From: Alphaproteobacteria bacterium
GTDB taxonomy: Bacteria; Pseudomonadota; Alphaproteobacteria; UBA828
Length of the DNA stretch: 64,000 nucleotides
Assembly (NCBI GenBank): GCA_965221125.1
Contig: CBDCRW010000005.1
Location: 544,001-608,000, forward strand
Direction: 5' to 3'
How positions within the stretch are numbered: the first letter of the stretch is position 1; each line of letters starts with the position of its first letter. Below are positions 28,788-38,443 of this stretch, piece by piece. The notes under the pieces were generated by a model. That model was not told where the DNA came from. It saw nothing but the letters and a program-made list of their open reading frames with translations, and searched no databases. Position numbers and translations under genes: made by a program.

Positions 28788-30398
28788 CTATCGCGCGCGC
28801 TTGCGCTCCCGCAGGTCGTGACAGCCGGCGACCGTGCGCGGGTCCACCTCGGCGGGGAAGAGGCTCACCTTCTGCACCTTCTGGGTGCTGGTCACCGGCA
28901 GCGTGTCGAGGAACAGCAGGTAGCCCGGCGCCTTGTAGTAGGCGAGCCGCTCCAGGCAGAGGGTCTGCAGCGCCTCCGCCGCCGCCAGATCCGCGCCCGC
29001 GCCCGCCGCAGGCACGATGCAGGCCATGACCTCCTCCTGCCGCAGCTCGTCGGGCACCGCGATCACCGCCGCCTGGGCCACGCGCTCGTCCGCCTGCAGC
29101 ACCGCTTCGACTTCGGCGGCGGCGATGTTCTCGCCGCTGCGGCGGATGATGTTCTTCTTGCGGTCGACGAAGCAGAGCATGCCGTCCGCCGCCTGTGTCA
29201 CTACGTCGCCGGTGTGGAACCAGCCGCCCCGCCAGGCTTCAGCAGTCGCCTGCGCGTCCTTCAAATAGCCGGAGAAGAGCCCGCGCCTCGGATCGTCCCC
29301 GGTCATCCGCAGCGTGAGCTCGCCCGGAACGCCCGGCGGAACCTCGCGGTCGCTGTCGTCGACGACGCGCACCTCGCAGCCGGCGAGGGGGCGGCCGAAG
29401 GCGCGCGTGTCGACCTGCCTGGGCTCCACGCTCGCCCACGTGGGCATCGCCACTTCGGTCATGCCCCAGCCCTCGATGAGCGGAAAGCCGAAGCGCGCCT
29501 CGAAGGCCTCGTGATGCTTGGGGTCGATGCCCGCGCCGGCACCGAAACGCACAGCATGGGCGCGGTCCTCGGGCCCCGGCGGCAGGCTGAGCAGAAGCGG
29601 CGGCATGATGCCGAGATAGTGGATGATCGTCGCCCCGGTCGCCGCCACGTCGGCCCACCAGCTCCTGGGATGGAAGCGATCGGCCATGACGATGCAGCCG
29701 GCGGCGCTCAGCATCGCCATGCTGCCGATGGCGAGCGCATTCGCGTGGTGGAGCGGCAGCGGGTTGAGCAGCCGCTCGCAGCCGTCCTCCAGCGCCATCA
29801 GGCCGCCCGCCTCGCGATACCAGCGCGCCGCGTTCAGGAAATAGCGGTTGGTGAGGATGCAGCCCTTCGGCCGCCCCGTGGTGCCCGAGGTGTAGAGCAG
29901 CGCCGCCTCGTCGTCGGCGCCGGGGGCGCCCCCGCTTGGGCTCATGCGGGGCGCCGGCAGCCGGGCAGGAAGGTCGGCGGCATCGACGATGGGCGGCGGA
30001 GCGGCGGAGCCGGCGACGGCGGCCTCCACATCGCCCAGCCGCTCCGGCACCGAGACCACCAGGGCAGCCTCCGAGTGGTCGAGGAGATAGATCGTCTCGT
30101 CCCGCCGATAGGCCGGGTTGATCGGCACGATGCCGCAACCCAAGGCATTGAGCGCCCACCAGTGCAGGTGGAATTCGGGCCGGTTCTCCAGCAGCAGCGC
30201 CACGCGGAGGCCGCGGCCATAGCCTGCCGCCCGATAGAGGGCGCTGAGCGCCGCCACCCGCTCGCGCGCGTCGCGGTAGCCGATCTCGATGCCGTCGGGG
30301 TGGTAGGGCCTGCCCGCCATGAGCGGGGCGCAGAGGCAGCCGCCCGCCGGCGCACGCCTGGCCGCCGCTTCGAACAGCTCGAACACCGTCTCCGTCAT
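28788..30398 (-). CDS. CaiC-like acyl-CoA ligase (AMP-binding)
   Basis: YTSGTTGRPKG, GWGMTE, GWFHTGD, RRSGENI. Confidence 0.9.
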   Translation of the reverse strand: MTETVFELFEAAARRAPAGGCLCAPLMAGRPYHPDGIEIGYRDARERVAALSALYRAAGYGRGLRVALLLENRPEFHLHWWALNALGCGIVPINPAYRRDETIYLLDHSEAALVVSVPERLGDVEAAVAGSAAPPPIVDAADLPARLPAPRMSPSGGAPGADDEAALLYTSGTTGRPKGCILTNRYFLNAARWYREAGGLMALEDGCERLLNPLPLHHANALAIGSMAMLSAAGCIVMADRFHPRSWWADVAATGATIIHYLGIMPPLLLSLPPGPEDRAHAVRFGAGAGIDPKHHEAFEARFGFPLIEGWGMTEVAMPTWASVEPRQVDTRAFGRPLAGCEVRVVDDSDREVPPGVPGELTLRMTGDDPRRGLFSGYLKDAQATAEAWRGGWFHTGDVVTQAADGMLCFVDRKKNIIRRSGENIAAAEVEAVLQADERVAQAAVIAVPDELRQEEVMACIVPAAGAGADLAAAEALQTLCLERLAYYKAPGYLLFLDTLPVTSTQKVQKVSLFPAEVDPRTVAGCHDLRERKRAR

Positions 30399-30496
30399 CG
30401 CCGCCCCGTTTGTTGACCGCCGCGCCCTGGGGAAACTACCTTCTCGCCCGCCGATGATGCGCGCCGGACCCGCCGGCCGCCGCCGGCGCGGAGACC

Positions 30497-31252
30497 ATGC
30501 CCATGGGCGCCATCGAGGACAAATACTTCCACCGCCCCGCAGGCGAGATCACGCTGTTGCCGCCCATCGACATCGAGCTTGGGCGGACGGCCCTCGTCGT
30601 GATCGACATGCAATATCACGACGCCCACCCGGAGCAAGGCGTCGTCGCCGCGCTGGAAAAGCTCTATCCGGGCTCGACGGCCTACTATGCCGAGCGCCTC
30701 GCCACCGTGGTGCCCGCCATTCGCCGCCTGCTCGATCATGCGCGCGCCACCGGGCTCGAGGTGATCCACGTGGTGGTCGGCTCCAGCCATCGCGACCTGC
30801 GCGACTTCAACAAGCGCATGCGGAGCTGGATCCTCGACCTGCAGGAGCGCTCCGGCATGGCCGATTTCTACTGGACGGAATCGCCCACGTACCAAATCCT
30901 GGAGGAGCTGACGCCGGCGGACGGCGAGACCGTGTTCCAGAAGCGGAGCTACGGCGCCTTCAACAGCACCAACTTCGAGAACCTGCTGCGCGAGATGGGG
31001 ATCGACACCCTGCTCGTCACCGGCTGCGTCACCAACTACTGCGTCGAGACGACCGTGCGCGACGCGGCGGACCGCGGCTTCGCCTGCGCGCTGATCGACG
31101 AGGCGGTGGCGGGCTTCAGCCAGGAGTCCCACGACGCGACGCTCGCCTCGCTGCGGGGCGGCTTCGCCGCCGTCATCCCGACGGTGGACGGCGCGGTGGC
31201 GATGCTGGACGAGATCGCAGGGCGCGCCGCACCGCGCGCCGCGGCCGAGTAG
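30497..31252 (+). CDS. Isochorismatase-family cysteine hydrolase
   Basis: IDMQ, K..YGAF, GCVTNYCVETT (D-K-C triad). Confidence 0.88.
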   Translation: MPMGAIEDKYFHRPAGEITLLPPIDIELGRTALVVIDMQYHDAHPEQGVVAALEKLYPGSTAYYAERLATVVPAIRRLLDHARATGLEVIHVVVGSSHRDLRDFNKRMRSWILDLQERSGMADFYWTESPTYQILEELTPADGETVFQKRSYGAFNSTNFENLLREMGIDTLLVTGCVTNYCVETTVRDAADRGFACALIDEAVAGFSQESHDATLASLRGGFAAVIPTVDGAVAMLDEIAGRAAPRAAAE

Positions 31253-31262
31253 GGGGCGCGGC

Positions 31263-31508
31263 ATGGGCAAGTTCTACGAACCCGATCTCGGCGCGAGCCC
31301 GGACGACCCCTTCGCCCGCGACGGCGAGGGCAAGCTCATCCGGCGCGGCTTCTGGCTCGACATGAGCGACCGCTCGCTGGTGCTCGCCATGACGCAGGGC
31401 ATCGGCGCCGCGCTCAGCAACGACCACAAGCGCGCTCACCTGGCCGACATCGGCCGTGCCCACGTGATCGACCAGGTCTGCGTTCAGGAGATCCTGCCGC
31501 CGGAGTGA
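31263..31508 (+). CDS. Hypothetical protein (81 aa)
   Basis: Strongly GC3-biased ORF co-oriented 10 bp after the hydrolase. Confidence 0.7.
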   Translation: MGKFYEPDLGASPDDPFARDGEGKLIRRGFWLDMSDRSLVLAMTQGIGAALSNDHKRAHLADIGRAHVIDQVCVQEILPPE

Positions 31509-31521
31509 CGGACGGATTGGC

Positions 31522-33075
31522 CTACGACCAGCCTGCGGACAGCAGATCGGAGGCCCGCTCGGCGACGGCGACGATGGCCGCGTTGACCGGGCCGGTGGTG
31601 AGGCTCGGCAGGATCGAGCCGTCGACGACGTGAAGCCCCGGCACGCCCGCGACCGAGAGGTCGGGACGGACCACGGCGCCGGGGTCCGTCCCCATCCGGC
31701 AGGTCCCGACCGGATGGTGGTGGGTGAAGGCGGCGTGCTCGATGAAGGCCAGTCGCGCGTCGTGGCTCGCGAGGTCGCCCGGCTGCGGCAACAGCTCCTC
31801 GCCGCGCCACGGCGCATAGGCGTCCGCCCCGCCGAGGCGCCGCGCCCAGTCGAGCGCCTCCAGGAACAGCAGGCGGTCCTGCGCCGCGCTGAGATAGGCC
31901 GGATCGACGATCGGCTTCGCGTGCGGGTCCGCCGAGGCGATGGTGAGACGGCCGCGGCTCTGCGGGTGCGTGATGCCGAACATCAGGGTGTACGCCGCGC
32001 CGGGTGAGGGCACGCGGATACGGTCCGCCAGGGCCTCCGAGACCACGGGGAGCGTGACGCACCCCACTACGAGGTCCGGCGCGTCTCCGGGCGACTGCGA
32101 GCGCGCGTGGATGTAGGTGAGCGCTTCCGAGTGCTGCGTCGTGGTCGGCGGAAGCGTTTTTCGGGCGCGGTACAGGTTGCCGGCGGCGAGAAGATGGTCC
32201 TGCAGGTTCTGCCCGACACCGGGCATGTCGTGCCGGACCGCGATTCCGAGCGCCGCCAGCACGGAGCCCGGACCGAGGCCGGACCGCATCATGATGGCGG
32301 GCGTGCCGACGACCCCGGCGGCCAGCACGACGGCGCGCCGTGCGTGCAAGCGGTGGCCCGTGCCGCCTGCGAGGGCGTGGACCCCGTTGACGCGTCCGGC
32401 GTCGTCGAAGGCCAGCCGGTCGATGAGCAGGCCCGTGCGCAGCGCGAGGTTCGGTCGGGCGCGAACGGCCCCGGTCAGGTAAGCGTCGGCGACGCTCTGG
32501 CGCCGGCCGTCCGCGATCGTGAGCGTGTTGAGCGTGGACCCCGCCAGGTCCGGCCCGTTGTGATCGCGGATAGGCTGCAGCCCCAACTCCCTCCCGGCCT
32601 GGCAATGGGCGAGGCTCAACGGGTGCGGCGCGGCGGGCTGGCAAAGTCGCACGGGGCCGTCTCCGCCATAGCCCTCTTCCGGCGCGAAGGGCGAGGTTTC
32701 CGAGCGGATGAAGTAAGGCCGCAGGGTCGACCAGTCCCACCCCTCGGCGCCTGCGTCCGCCCAGCGGTCGAAGTCGCTCGGGTGGCCGCGCACATGGCCC
32801 ATCGCGTGGATCGCGCTGCACCCGCCCACGACGCGGCCCCGCGGCCATGCGTGCGCGCGCCCGGCCGTGGAGCGCTGCGGCACGGTCGCGAACTGCCAGT
32901 CGACCTCCGAGCCTTGCAGGAGAGGCCAGGCGGCGGGGTCGGCGATGGCGGGGTTCTCGGGCTCTCCGCCCGCTTCCAGCAGGAGGACGCGGAGGTCCCG
33001 CCGCTCGCTCAGCCGGGCGGCCAGCACGCAGCCTGCCGAGCCGGCTCCGACGATGACGACGTCCGCCTCGCTCAT
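31522..33075 (-). CDS. GMC oxidoreductase, pyridoxine 4-oxidase-like
   Basis: GAGSAG, PAAWPLLQG, HAMGHVRGHPSDF, DHLLAAGNLY, QHSE, FGITHP, THHHPVGTCRMG recall M. loti pyridoxine 4-oxidase. Confidence 0.82.
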   Translation of the reverse strand: MSEADVVIVGAGSAGCVLAARLSERRDLRVLLLEAGGEPENPAIADPAAWPLLQGSEVDWQFATVPQRSTAGRAHAWPRGRVVGGCSAIHAMGHVRGHPSDFDRWADAGAEGWDWSTLRPYFIRSETSPFAPEEGYGGDGPVRLCQPAAPHPLSLAHCQAGRELGLQPIRDHNGPDLAGSTLNTLTIADGRRQSVADAYLTGAVRARPNLALRTGLLIDRLAFDDAGRVNGVHALAGGTGHRLHARRAVVLAAGVVGTPAIMMRSGLGPGSVLAALGIAVRHDMPGVGQNLQDHLLAAGNLYRARKTLPPTTTQHSEALTYIHARSQSPGDAPDLVVGCVTLPVVSEALADRIRVPSPGAAYTLMFGITHPQSRGRLTIASADPHAKPIVDPAYLSAAQDRLLFLEALDWARRLGGADAYAPWRGEELLPQPGDLASHDARLAFIEHAAFTHHHPVGTCRMGTDPGAVVRPDLSVAGVPGLHVVDGSILPSLTTGPVNAAIVAVAERASDLLSAGWS

Positions 33076-33116
33076 GCCTGCCCGAATGCGCCCGGACGGG
33101 CGCTCAAGCCCGAGGC

Positions 33117-34010
33117 TCACGCGTCGCCGGGTACCGTGCCCTTGGGCAGGCTCTCGACGTGGGCGCAGATGTCGCGCGGGCGCGTGAGCCAGATGCGCTC
33201 GCGCTGCGGCGCGATGTGCTCGAAGAAGCGGCGCAGGTGGCGCAGCCGGTAGGGCCGCCCCATCACGAAGGGATGGAGCGAGATGGGGAAGACCAGGGGT
33301 TGCCCCTCGCTCTGGGCCAGCATCTCGTCGAAGCCGTCGATCAGCATGTCGACGAATTCCTGGGCCGTGTGGCCGTACCAGACGATGCCGCGGGTGTCGT
33401 TGCACTCGACCGGATAGGGCATCGCCAGGATGCGCCCCGCGCGGGTCGTCATCCAGATCGGCTGGTCGTCGCAGGTCCAGTCCATGAAGTAGCGGTAGCC
33501 CGCCTCCTGCAGCAGGTCGGGCGTGACCGCGCTGTTGGAGATCCAGGGGCTCATCCAGCCCACAGGCGGGCTGCCCTCGTGGCGCTCGATGGTGCGTGTG
33601 ACCTCGGCGATCATCGCGGCCTCGGCTGCTTCGTCCAGGTGCTCCTGCATGTCCGAGTTGGTGATGCCGTGGCCCAGGATCTCGTGGCCGCGCTCTCTCA
33701 GCGCCGCCGGGATGTCGGGGCAGTGCTCGTAGACGGCGAGGTTCATCTGGGCTTCGATGGGCACGTCGAAGGCGTCGAACAGCTCCAGCATGCGCCAGAT
33801 GCCGACCCGGTTGCCGTAGTCGCGCCACGAATAGACGCTGTGGCTGTTCGCCTGGTCCGGCGGCGCGATGGCCGCGCCCTTGCCCTCGCCGAAGCTGAAT
33901 TGCTCGACATTGACGGCGACATAGACGGCGAGGCGGGCCCCGTTCGGCCAGTCGTAGACCGGGCGCGCGGCGATGCCGGAGTAGGGGTAGCGTCCGTGGG
34001 TGCGAATCAT
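33117..34010 (-). CDS. Polysaccharide deacetylase-family (PuuE-like) hydrolase
   Basis: WPNGARLAV, DYGNRVGIWR, GWMSP, DDQP, LHPFVMGRPYR. Confidence 0.87.
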   Translation of the reverse strand: MIRTHGRYPYSGIAARPVYDWPNGARLAVYVAVNVEQFSFGEGKGAAIAPPDQANSHSVYSWRDYGNRVGIWRMLELFDAFDVPIEAQMNLAVYEHCPDIPAALRERGHEILGHGITNSDMQEHLDEAAEAAMIAEVTRTIERHEGSPPVGWMSPWISNSAVTPDLLQEAGYRYFMDWTCDDQPIWMTTRAGRILAMPYPVECNDTRGIVWYGHTAQEFVDMLIDGFDEMLAQSEGQPLVFPISLHPFVMGRPYRLRHLRRFFEHIAPQRERIWLTRPRDICAHVESLPKGTVPGDA

Positions 34011-34049
34011 GTGGACCTCGATACCGGGCGCCGCCCCGATCCCGGCCGA

Positions 34050-34397
34050 TCAGTCCCGCGCTGCAGCCGTGCCGACTGGGTTGAAATCGTGCTCGCCCAC
34101 GCCTTGCACGAGGGTCACGCGGCAGCGTCCGCCGTCCTTGCCGCAGACCCGGTGCGCGGTGAGCGGCGGCACGACGCAGTGGTCGCCGGGCGCAAGCTCG
34201 TGACGGGCGCGGGGCGCGCGGGTCTCGATCACCACCGTGCCTTCGAGGCCCACGAACACGTCGGTGACGGCCGTGTGGTAGTGCCAGGGAACCTCCTCGC
34301 CCGCAGCCAACGTCATCACTTGGACGCGCATGCCGTCGGCTTCGGCGACGATGTCGTGGCCGGCGATCGAATAGGGCAGGTCTTCCACCGCCGTCAT
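34050..34397 (-). CDS. Cupin domain protein
   Basis: PWHYH...D and VPPLTAHRV cupin motifs. Confidence 0.8.
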   Translation of the reverse strand: MTAVEDLPYSIAGHDIVAEADGMRVQVMTLAAGEEVPWHYHTAVTDVFVGLEGTVVIETRAPRARHELAPGDHCVVPPLTAHRVCGKDGGRCRVTLVQGVGEHDFNPVGTAAARD

Positions 34398-34452
34398 GGC
34401 GTCTTCCGCTCGTTCGCGCGCTGTCGTGCGTCGGCCAGCATAGCCCCTTTGG

Positions 34453-34478
34453 CCGTGACCCTGGTGAGAATTGCGGGC
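34453..34478. repeat. Solo terminal repeat of the 265-bp MITE family
   Basis: CCGTGACCCTGGTGAGAATTGCGGGC followed by TA matches the element ends. Confidence 0.8.
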
Positions 34479-34538
34479 TAAACCCTTCTGCGCCATGATC
34501 CGGCCCACTCACAGCACGGCACGGATGGGGGATGCGTC

Positions 34539-35303
34539 ATGGCCAAGGTACTCGTAATCGTTCCCTTCGCCTTCGACGAGAAGGGGCTCGCGAACCGGCG
34601 TTCGCAACTGGAATCGGTGGCGCTCGGGCCCGACCTCGCGTTCGACTTCCGGGGCGTCAAGGCGGGGCCGGCGCTGCTCGACTGCTACCACGACTACGCC
34701 ATGGCCGACATCGCGCTGTTCGAGGCGGGCTTGAGCGCTGAGGACGACGGCTACGACGCGGTCTGCATCGACACCATGAGCGATTCCGGCATGAACGCGC
34801 TTCGCTCCGTGCTCGACATTCCGGTGATCGGGCCGGGCCGCGCTTCCTTCATGACGGCGCTGATGCTCGGCAACCGCTTCTCGGTCGTGACCCAATGGGA
34901 CGGCTGGATCCCGCTCTACAAGAAGGGCACGCAGGAATACGGCGTCGCCGACAGGCTTGCCTCCATCCGCTCCATCAACGTGATGCCGGACGTGGAAAAC
35001 CTGCTGGGCGGCAAGGAGGAGGTGGTCTTCCCCAAGCTGGTGGACTGCGCCATGCGCTGCATCGAGGAAGACGGCGCCGAGGTGATCCTGCTCGGCTCCA
35101 CCACCATGCACCAGGCGCACGGCCACATGGCCGCCAACCTGCCGGTGCCGGTCATCAACCCCGGCCCGCTCACCTACAAGCTCGCCGAGTTCGTGCTGGG
35201 CCTAGGGCTAACCCACAGCCGCAAGGCCTATCCCAAGCCCAGCGTGCCGAAGCCCGCCATGGTCCACGCCATGATGGACGGCGCGGCCACGGTCGGCGAC
35301 TGA
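34539..35303 (+). CDS. Asp/Glu/hydantoin racemase-family protein
   Basis: GYDAVCIDTMSDSG, IPVIGP, ILLGSTTM, PVINP. Confidence 0.83.
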   Translation: MAKVLVIVPFAFDEKGLANRRSQLESVALGPDLAFDFRGVKAGPALLDCYHDYAMADIALFEAGLSAEDDGYDAVCIDTMSDSGMNALRSVLDIPVIGPGRASFMTALMLGNRFSVVTQWDGWIPLYKKGTQEYGVADRLASIRSINVMPDVENLLGGKEEVVFPKLVDCAMRCIEEDGAEVILLGSTTMHQAHGHMAANLPVPVINPGPLTYKLAEFVLGLGLTHSRKAYPKPSVPKPAMVHAMMDGAATVGD

Positions 35304-35321
35304 CGCAGGGAGGACGGCAGG

Positions 35322-36116
35322 ATGGCACGACGACTGGACGGCCGTGTCGCGCTGGTCACCGGGGCCGCGAAGGGCATCGGCAAGGCCTGCTGCCGCGCTC
35401 TCGCGGCGGAGGGCGCGCCGGTGGCGCTCGCCGATATCGACAGGGAAGGGGGTGAGGCGCTCGCGGCCGCGCTTGCGGCGGACGGCGCCGAGACGACGTT
35501 CATCGCCCTCGACGTGACGAGCGAAGCCGACTGGGAGGCCGCGATCCCGGCGATCGTCGACCGTTTCGGCGGCCTCGACGTGCTCGTGAACAACGCCGGC
35601 GTCGGCATCATCGAGCCTTTGCCGGACGTGACGCTGGAGAGCTGGCGCAAGAGCATGTCGGTCAATTGCGAGGGCGTCTTCCTCGGCACCAAGCATGCCA
35701 TGGCGGCGATGCGGCCGGGCGGCTCGATCATCAACGTCTCGTCGATCCTGGGCTTCACCAGCATTCCGGGGCTTTCCGCCTATAGTGCCACCAAGGGGGC
35801 GGTCAGGCTTTTCAGCAAGGGAGCCGCGCTCGACGGCGCCAAGGACGAGCGCCGCATCCGGGTGAACTCGATCCACCCCGGCTACATCCATACCGAGATG
35901 ATGGAGGCCACCTGCTACCGCGACTACGGCAGCCTGGAGGCGGGCTTACGCGAGCTTGCGAAGCAGCACCCCATCGGCCGCGTGGGCAAGCCGGAGGACA
36001 TCGCCAACGGCGTGGTCTTCCTCGCCTCCGAGGAATCGAGCTTCGTCACCGGCACCGAGCTGGTGATCGACGGCGGCTACCTCGCGGTCGGCGGCTATTC
36101 GGTCTTTCCGCAGTAA
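35322..36116 (+). CDS. Short-chain dehydrogenase/reductase
   Basis: TGAAKGIG, NNAG, YSATK, RVNSIHPG. Confidence 0.92.
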   Translation: MARRLDGRVALVTGAAKGIGKACCRALAAEGAPVALADIDREGGEALAAALAADGAETTFIALDVTSEADWEAAIPAIVDRFGGLDVLVNNAGVGIIEPLPDVTLESWRKSMSVNCEGVFLGTKHAMAAMRPGGSIINVSSILGFTSIPGLSAYSATKGAVRLFSKGAALDGAKDERRIRVNSIHPGYIHTEMMEATCYRDYGSLEAGLRELAKQHPIGRVGKPEDIANGVVFLASEESSFVTGTELVIDGGYLAVGGYSVFPQ

Positions 36117-36176
36117 AAGCATCGCGCAGGCGACAGCCCTTGTCGCCACTTGTCCGGGAGTACGAAAAGAAACACC

Positions 36177-36283
36177 CCCACCTCTCCCCATCCCTCTCCT
36201 CCCCAAGGAGGAGAGGGGGCGCTAACCGGCCGGGCTGCGTTCCCCCTCCGCCCATTGGGGGGAGGGGGACAGGGGGAGGTGGG
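36177..36283. repeat. Alphaproteobacterial CIR/RPE-like palindromic element
   Basis: Outer IR CCCACCTC.../...GAGGTGGG enclosing hairpins CCCTCTCCTCC-CCAA-GGAGGAGAGGG and CCCCCTCC...GGAGGGGG. Confidence 0.7.
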
Positions 36284-36321
36284 AATGTTCGGCGCAGGCC
36301 GAAGCGAATGGAGAGAGCATC

Positions 36322-37338
36322 ATGAACGCCGTTATCAATCGCCAGATCACGCTCGCGGCCAGGCCCGTGGGCATGCCGAAGGGGAGCGACTTCTCGCTGG
36401 CCGAGGAGCCGGTGCCGGAGCCTCGAGCGGGCCAGGCGCTGGTGCGCGTGCTCTACCTTTCCCTCGACCCCTACATGCGGGGCCGCATGAGCGCGGCAAA
36501 GTCCTACGCCGCGCCGGTCGGCATCGGCGAGGTGATGACCGGCGGCGCGGTCGGCGAGGTCGTGCGCTCGGAGACGAGCGGCCTCAAGGAGGGCGATCTG
36601 GTCGAAGGTATGTTCGGCTGGCAGGAGTACGCGCTCTGCTCGCGCGGGGCGGTGCGGGTGCTGCCGCAGTCCGGCCATCCGCCGTCCTACGCGCTCGGCA
36701 TCCTCGGCATGCCTGGCGCCACCGCCTATTTCGGCCTGCTGGAGGTGGGCCAGCCGCATCCCGGCGACACGGTGGTGGTCTCGGCGGCCTCGGGCGCCGT
36801 CGGCGCGGTGGTGGGGCAGATCGCCAAGATCGGCGGCTGCCGCGTGGTCGGCACGGTGGGCAGCGACGAGAAGGCGGCCTACGTTACGGGCGAGCTGGGC
36901 TTCGACGCGGCCATCAACTACCGCACGGCGAACGACATTGGCACGGCGCTCGACGAGGCCTGCCCCGCCGGCATCGACGTCTACTTCGACAACGTCGGCG
37001 GCCCGATGACCGACGCGGTGATGCAGCGCCTCGCCTTCAAGGCGCGCGTCGTGGTCTGCGGCTGCATCCACCACTACAACCTGACCGAGCCCTATCTGGG
37101 CCCGAGCCACCTGCGACACATCCTCGTCAACCGGGCGCGGGTCGAGGGTTTCCTGGTGTTCGACTGGCTGGCTCGCTACCCGGAGGCGTTCGCGCGGCTG
37201 GGCGCGTGGCTCGAGGACGGCGCCATCAGCTACCGGGAACACGTGATCGCGGGGCTGGAGAACGCGCCGGAGGGGCTCGGCATGCTCTTCGAGGGGAGCA
37301 ACTTCGGCAAGCTCGTGGTCAAGGTGGCGGAGCGCTGA
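36322..37338 (+). CDS. NADP-dependent alkenal/one oxidoreductase (CurA/PTGR-like)
   Basis: SLDPYMRGRM, GMPGATAYFGL, SAASGAVG, YFDNVGG, NFGKLVV. Confidence 0.9.
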   Translation: MNAVINRQITLAARPVGMPKGSDFSLAEEPVPEPRAGQALVRVLYLSLDPYMRGRMSAAKSYAAPVGIGEVMTGGAVGEVVRSETSGLKEGDLVEGMFGWQEYALCSRGAVRVLPQSGHPPSYALGILGMPGATAYFGLLEVGQPHPGDTVVVSAASGAVGAVVGQIAKIGGCRVVGTVGSDEKAAYVTGELGFDAAINYRTANDIGTALDEACPAGIDVYFDNVGGPMTDAVMQRLAFKARVVVCGCIHHYNLTEPYLGPSHLRHILVNRARVEGFLVFDWLARYPEAFARLGAWLEDGAISYREHVIAGLENAPEGLGMLFEGSNFGKLVVKVAER

Positions 37339-37342
37339 CGCC

Positions 37343-38443
37343 GTGACCGAGACGGGGGTGAGCGCTCCGGAATCGGCCGTCTGCGCGCTGATCGAGGACA
37401 TCTTCGGGGCGCTGGGCTTCACCGCGGACGAGCGCGCGGTGCTGACCGAGACCCTGCTGGAGGCGAGCCGCGCGGGCTATCACTCCCACGGCGTGATGCG
37501 GATCCCGACCTTCGCCGAGAACACGCAGGACGGGATGATCGTGCCGGCGACAGCACCCGTCGTCGTGCACGAGACCGAGGCCGCGGCGATGATCGACGCG
37601 CGGCGCTGCCTGGGGCCAGTCTCCTGCGTCTTCGCCGTGGAGCAGGCCGGTGCCAGGGCGCGGGCGCAGGGCATCGGCTGCGCCGCGGTGCGGAACGGCA
37701 ACGACGTCGCCCGCCTCGGCGCCTACGTGGGCGGGCCGGCACGCGACGGCCTGATGACGCTGCTGCTGGTGAACGACGCCGGTGGCGGCGCCTGCGTCGC
37801 GCCCTTCGGCAGCGCAGCGCCCTTCCTCAGCACCAATCCGCTCGCCTGCGGTATCCCGCGCGCAGCCGTCGAACCGCCGCTGGTGATCGACATCTCCACC
37901 TCCGTCGTGGCCCTCGGCAAGATCAGGATGGCCGCGAACCAGGGCGAGCCCGTGCCGGAAGGCTGGCTGATCGACCGTGCGGGCAGGACGACCACGGAGC
38001 CATCTGGCTTTTTCGACTCGCCGCGCAGCGCATCGCTCCTTCCCCTCGGCGGCGCGGCCGACGGCCACAAGGGTTTTTTGCTCAGCCTCATCATCGAGGC
38101 CTTCGCCGGCGCGCTGGCCGGCGCGGGCATGAGCCGGGGCAACGAGAACGAGGACCAGGGCAACGGCCTCTTCGTGCTCGCCGCCGACCCGCAGGCGCTC
38201 GGCACGGGTGGCGCGTTCGTCCGCGCGATAGAGGAATTCGTGGCCGGGCTGGAGGCGCTGCCGCCGGCGGAAGGCAGCGCAGGCGTGCGCCTTCCCGGTG
38301 CGCGTGCGGGCGGCGGGCCGGGCGGCCCCTTCCCCATCGACGGGCCCACCTGGGCGCGGATCGCGGCGATCCTCGATGCGCTCTCGCTCGGACGCGACTA
38401 CGACGTAAGGCCCGCCGCAGGCGGGGAGCGGTCGCCGCCGTGA
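37343..38443 (+). CDS. Ldh_2-family (malate/L-lactate dehydrogenase-like) oxidoreductase
   Basis: [31 protein letters not shown]. Confidence 0.85.
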   Translation: MTETGVSAPESAVCALIEDIFGALGFTADERAVLTETLLEASRAGYHSHGVMRIPTFAENTQDGMIVPATAPVVVHETEAAAMIDARRCLGPVSCVFAVEQAGARARAQGIGCAAVRNGNDVARLGAYVGGPARDGLMTLLLVNDAGGGACVAPFGSAAPFLSTNPLACGIPRAAVEPPLVIDISTSVVALGKIRMAANQGEPVPEGWLIDRAGRTTTEPSGFFDSPRSASLLPLGGAADGHKGFLLSLIIEAFAGALAGAGMSRGNENEDQGNGLFVLAADPQALGTGGAFVRAIEEFVAGLEALPPAEGSAGVRLPGARAGGGPGGPFPIDGPTWARIAAILDALSLGRDYDVRPAAGGERSPP

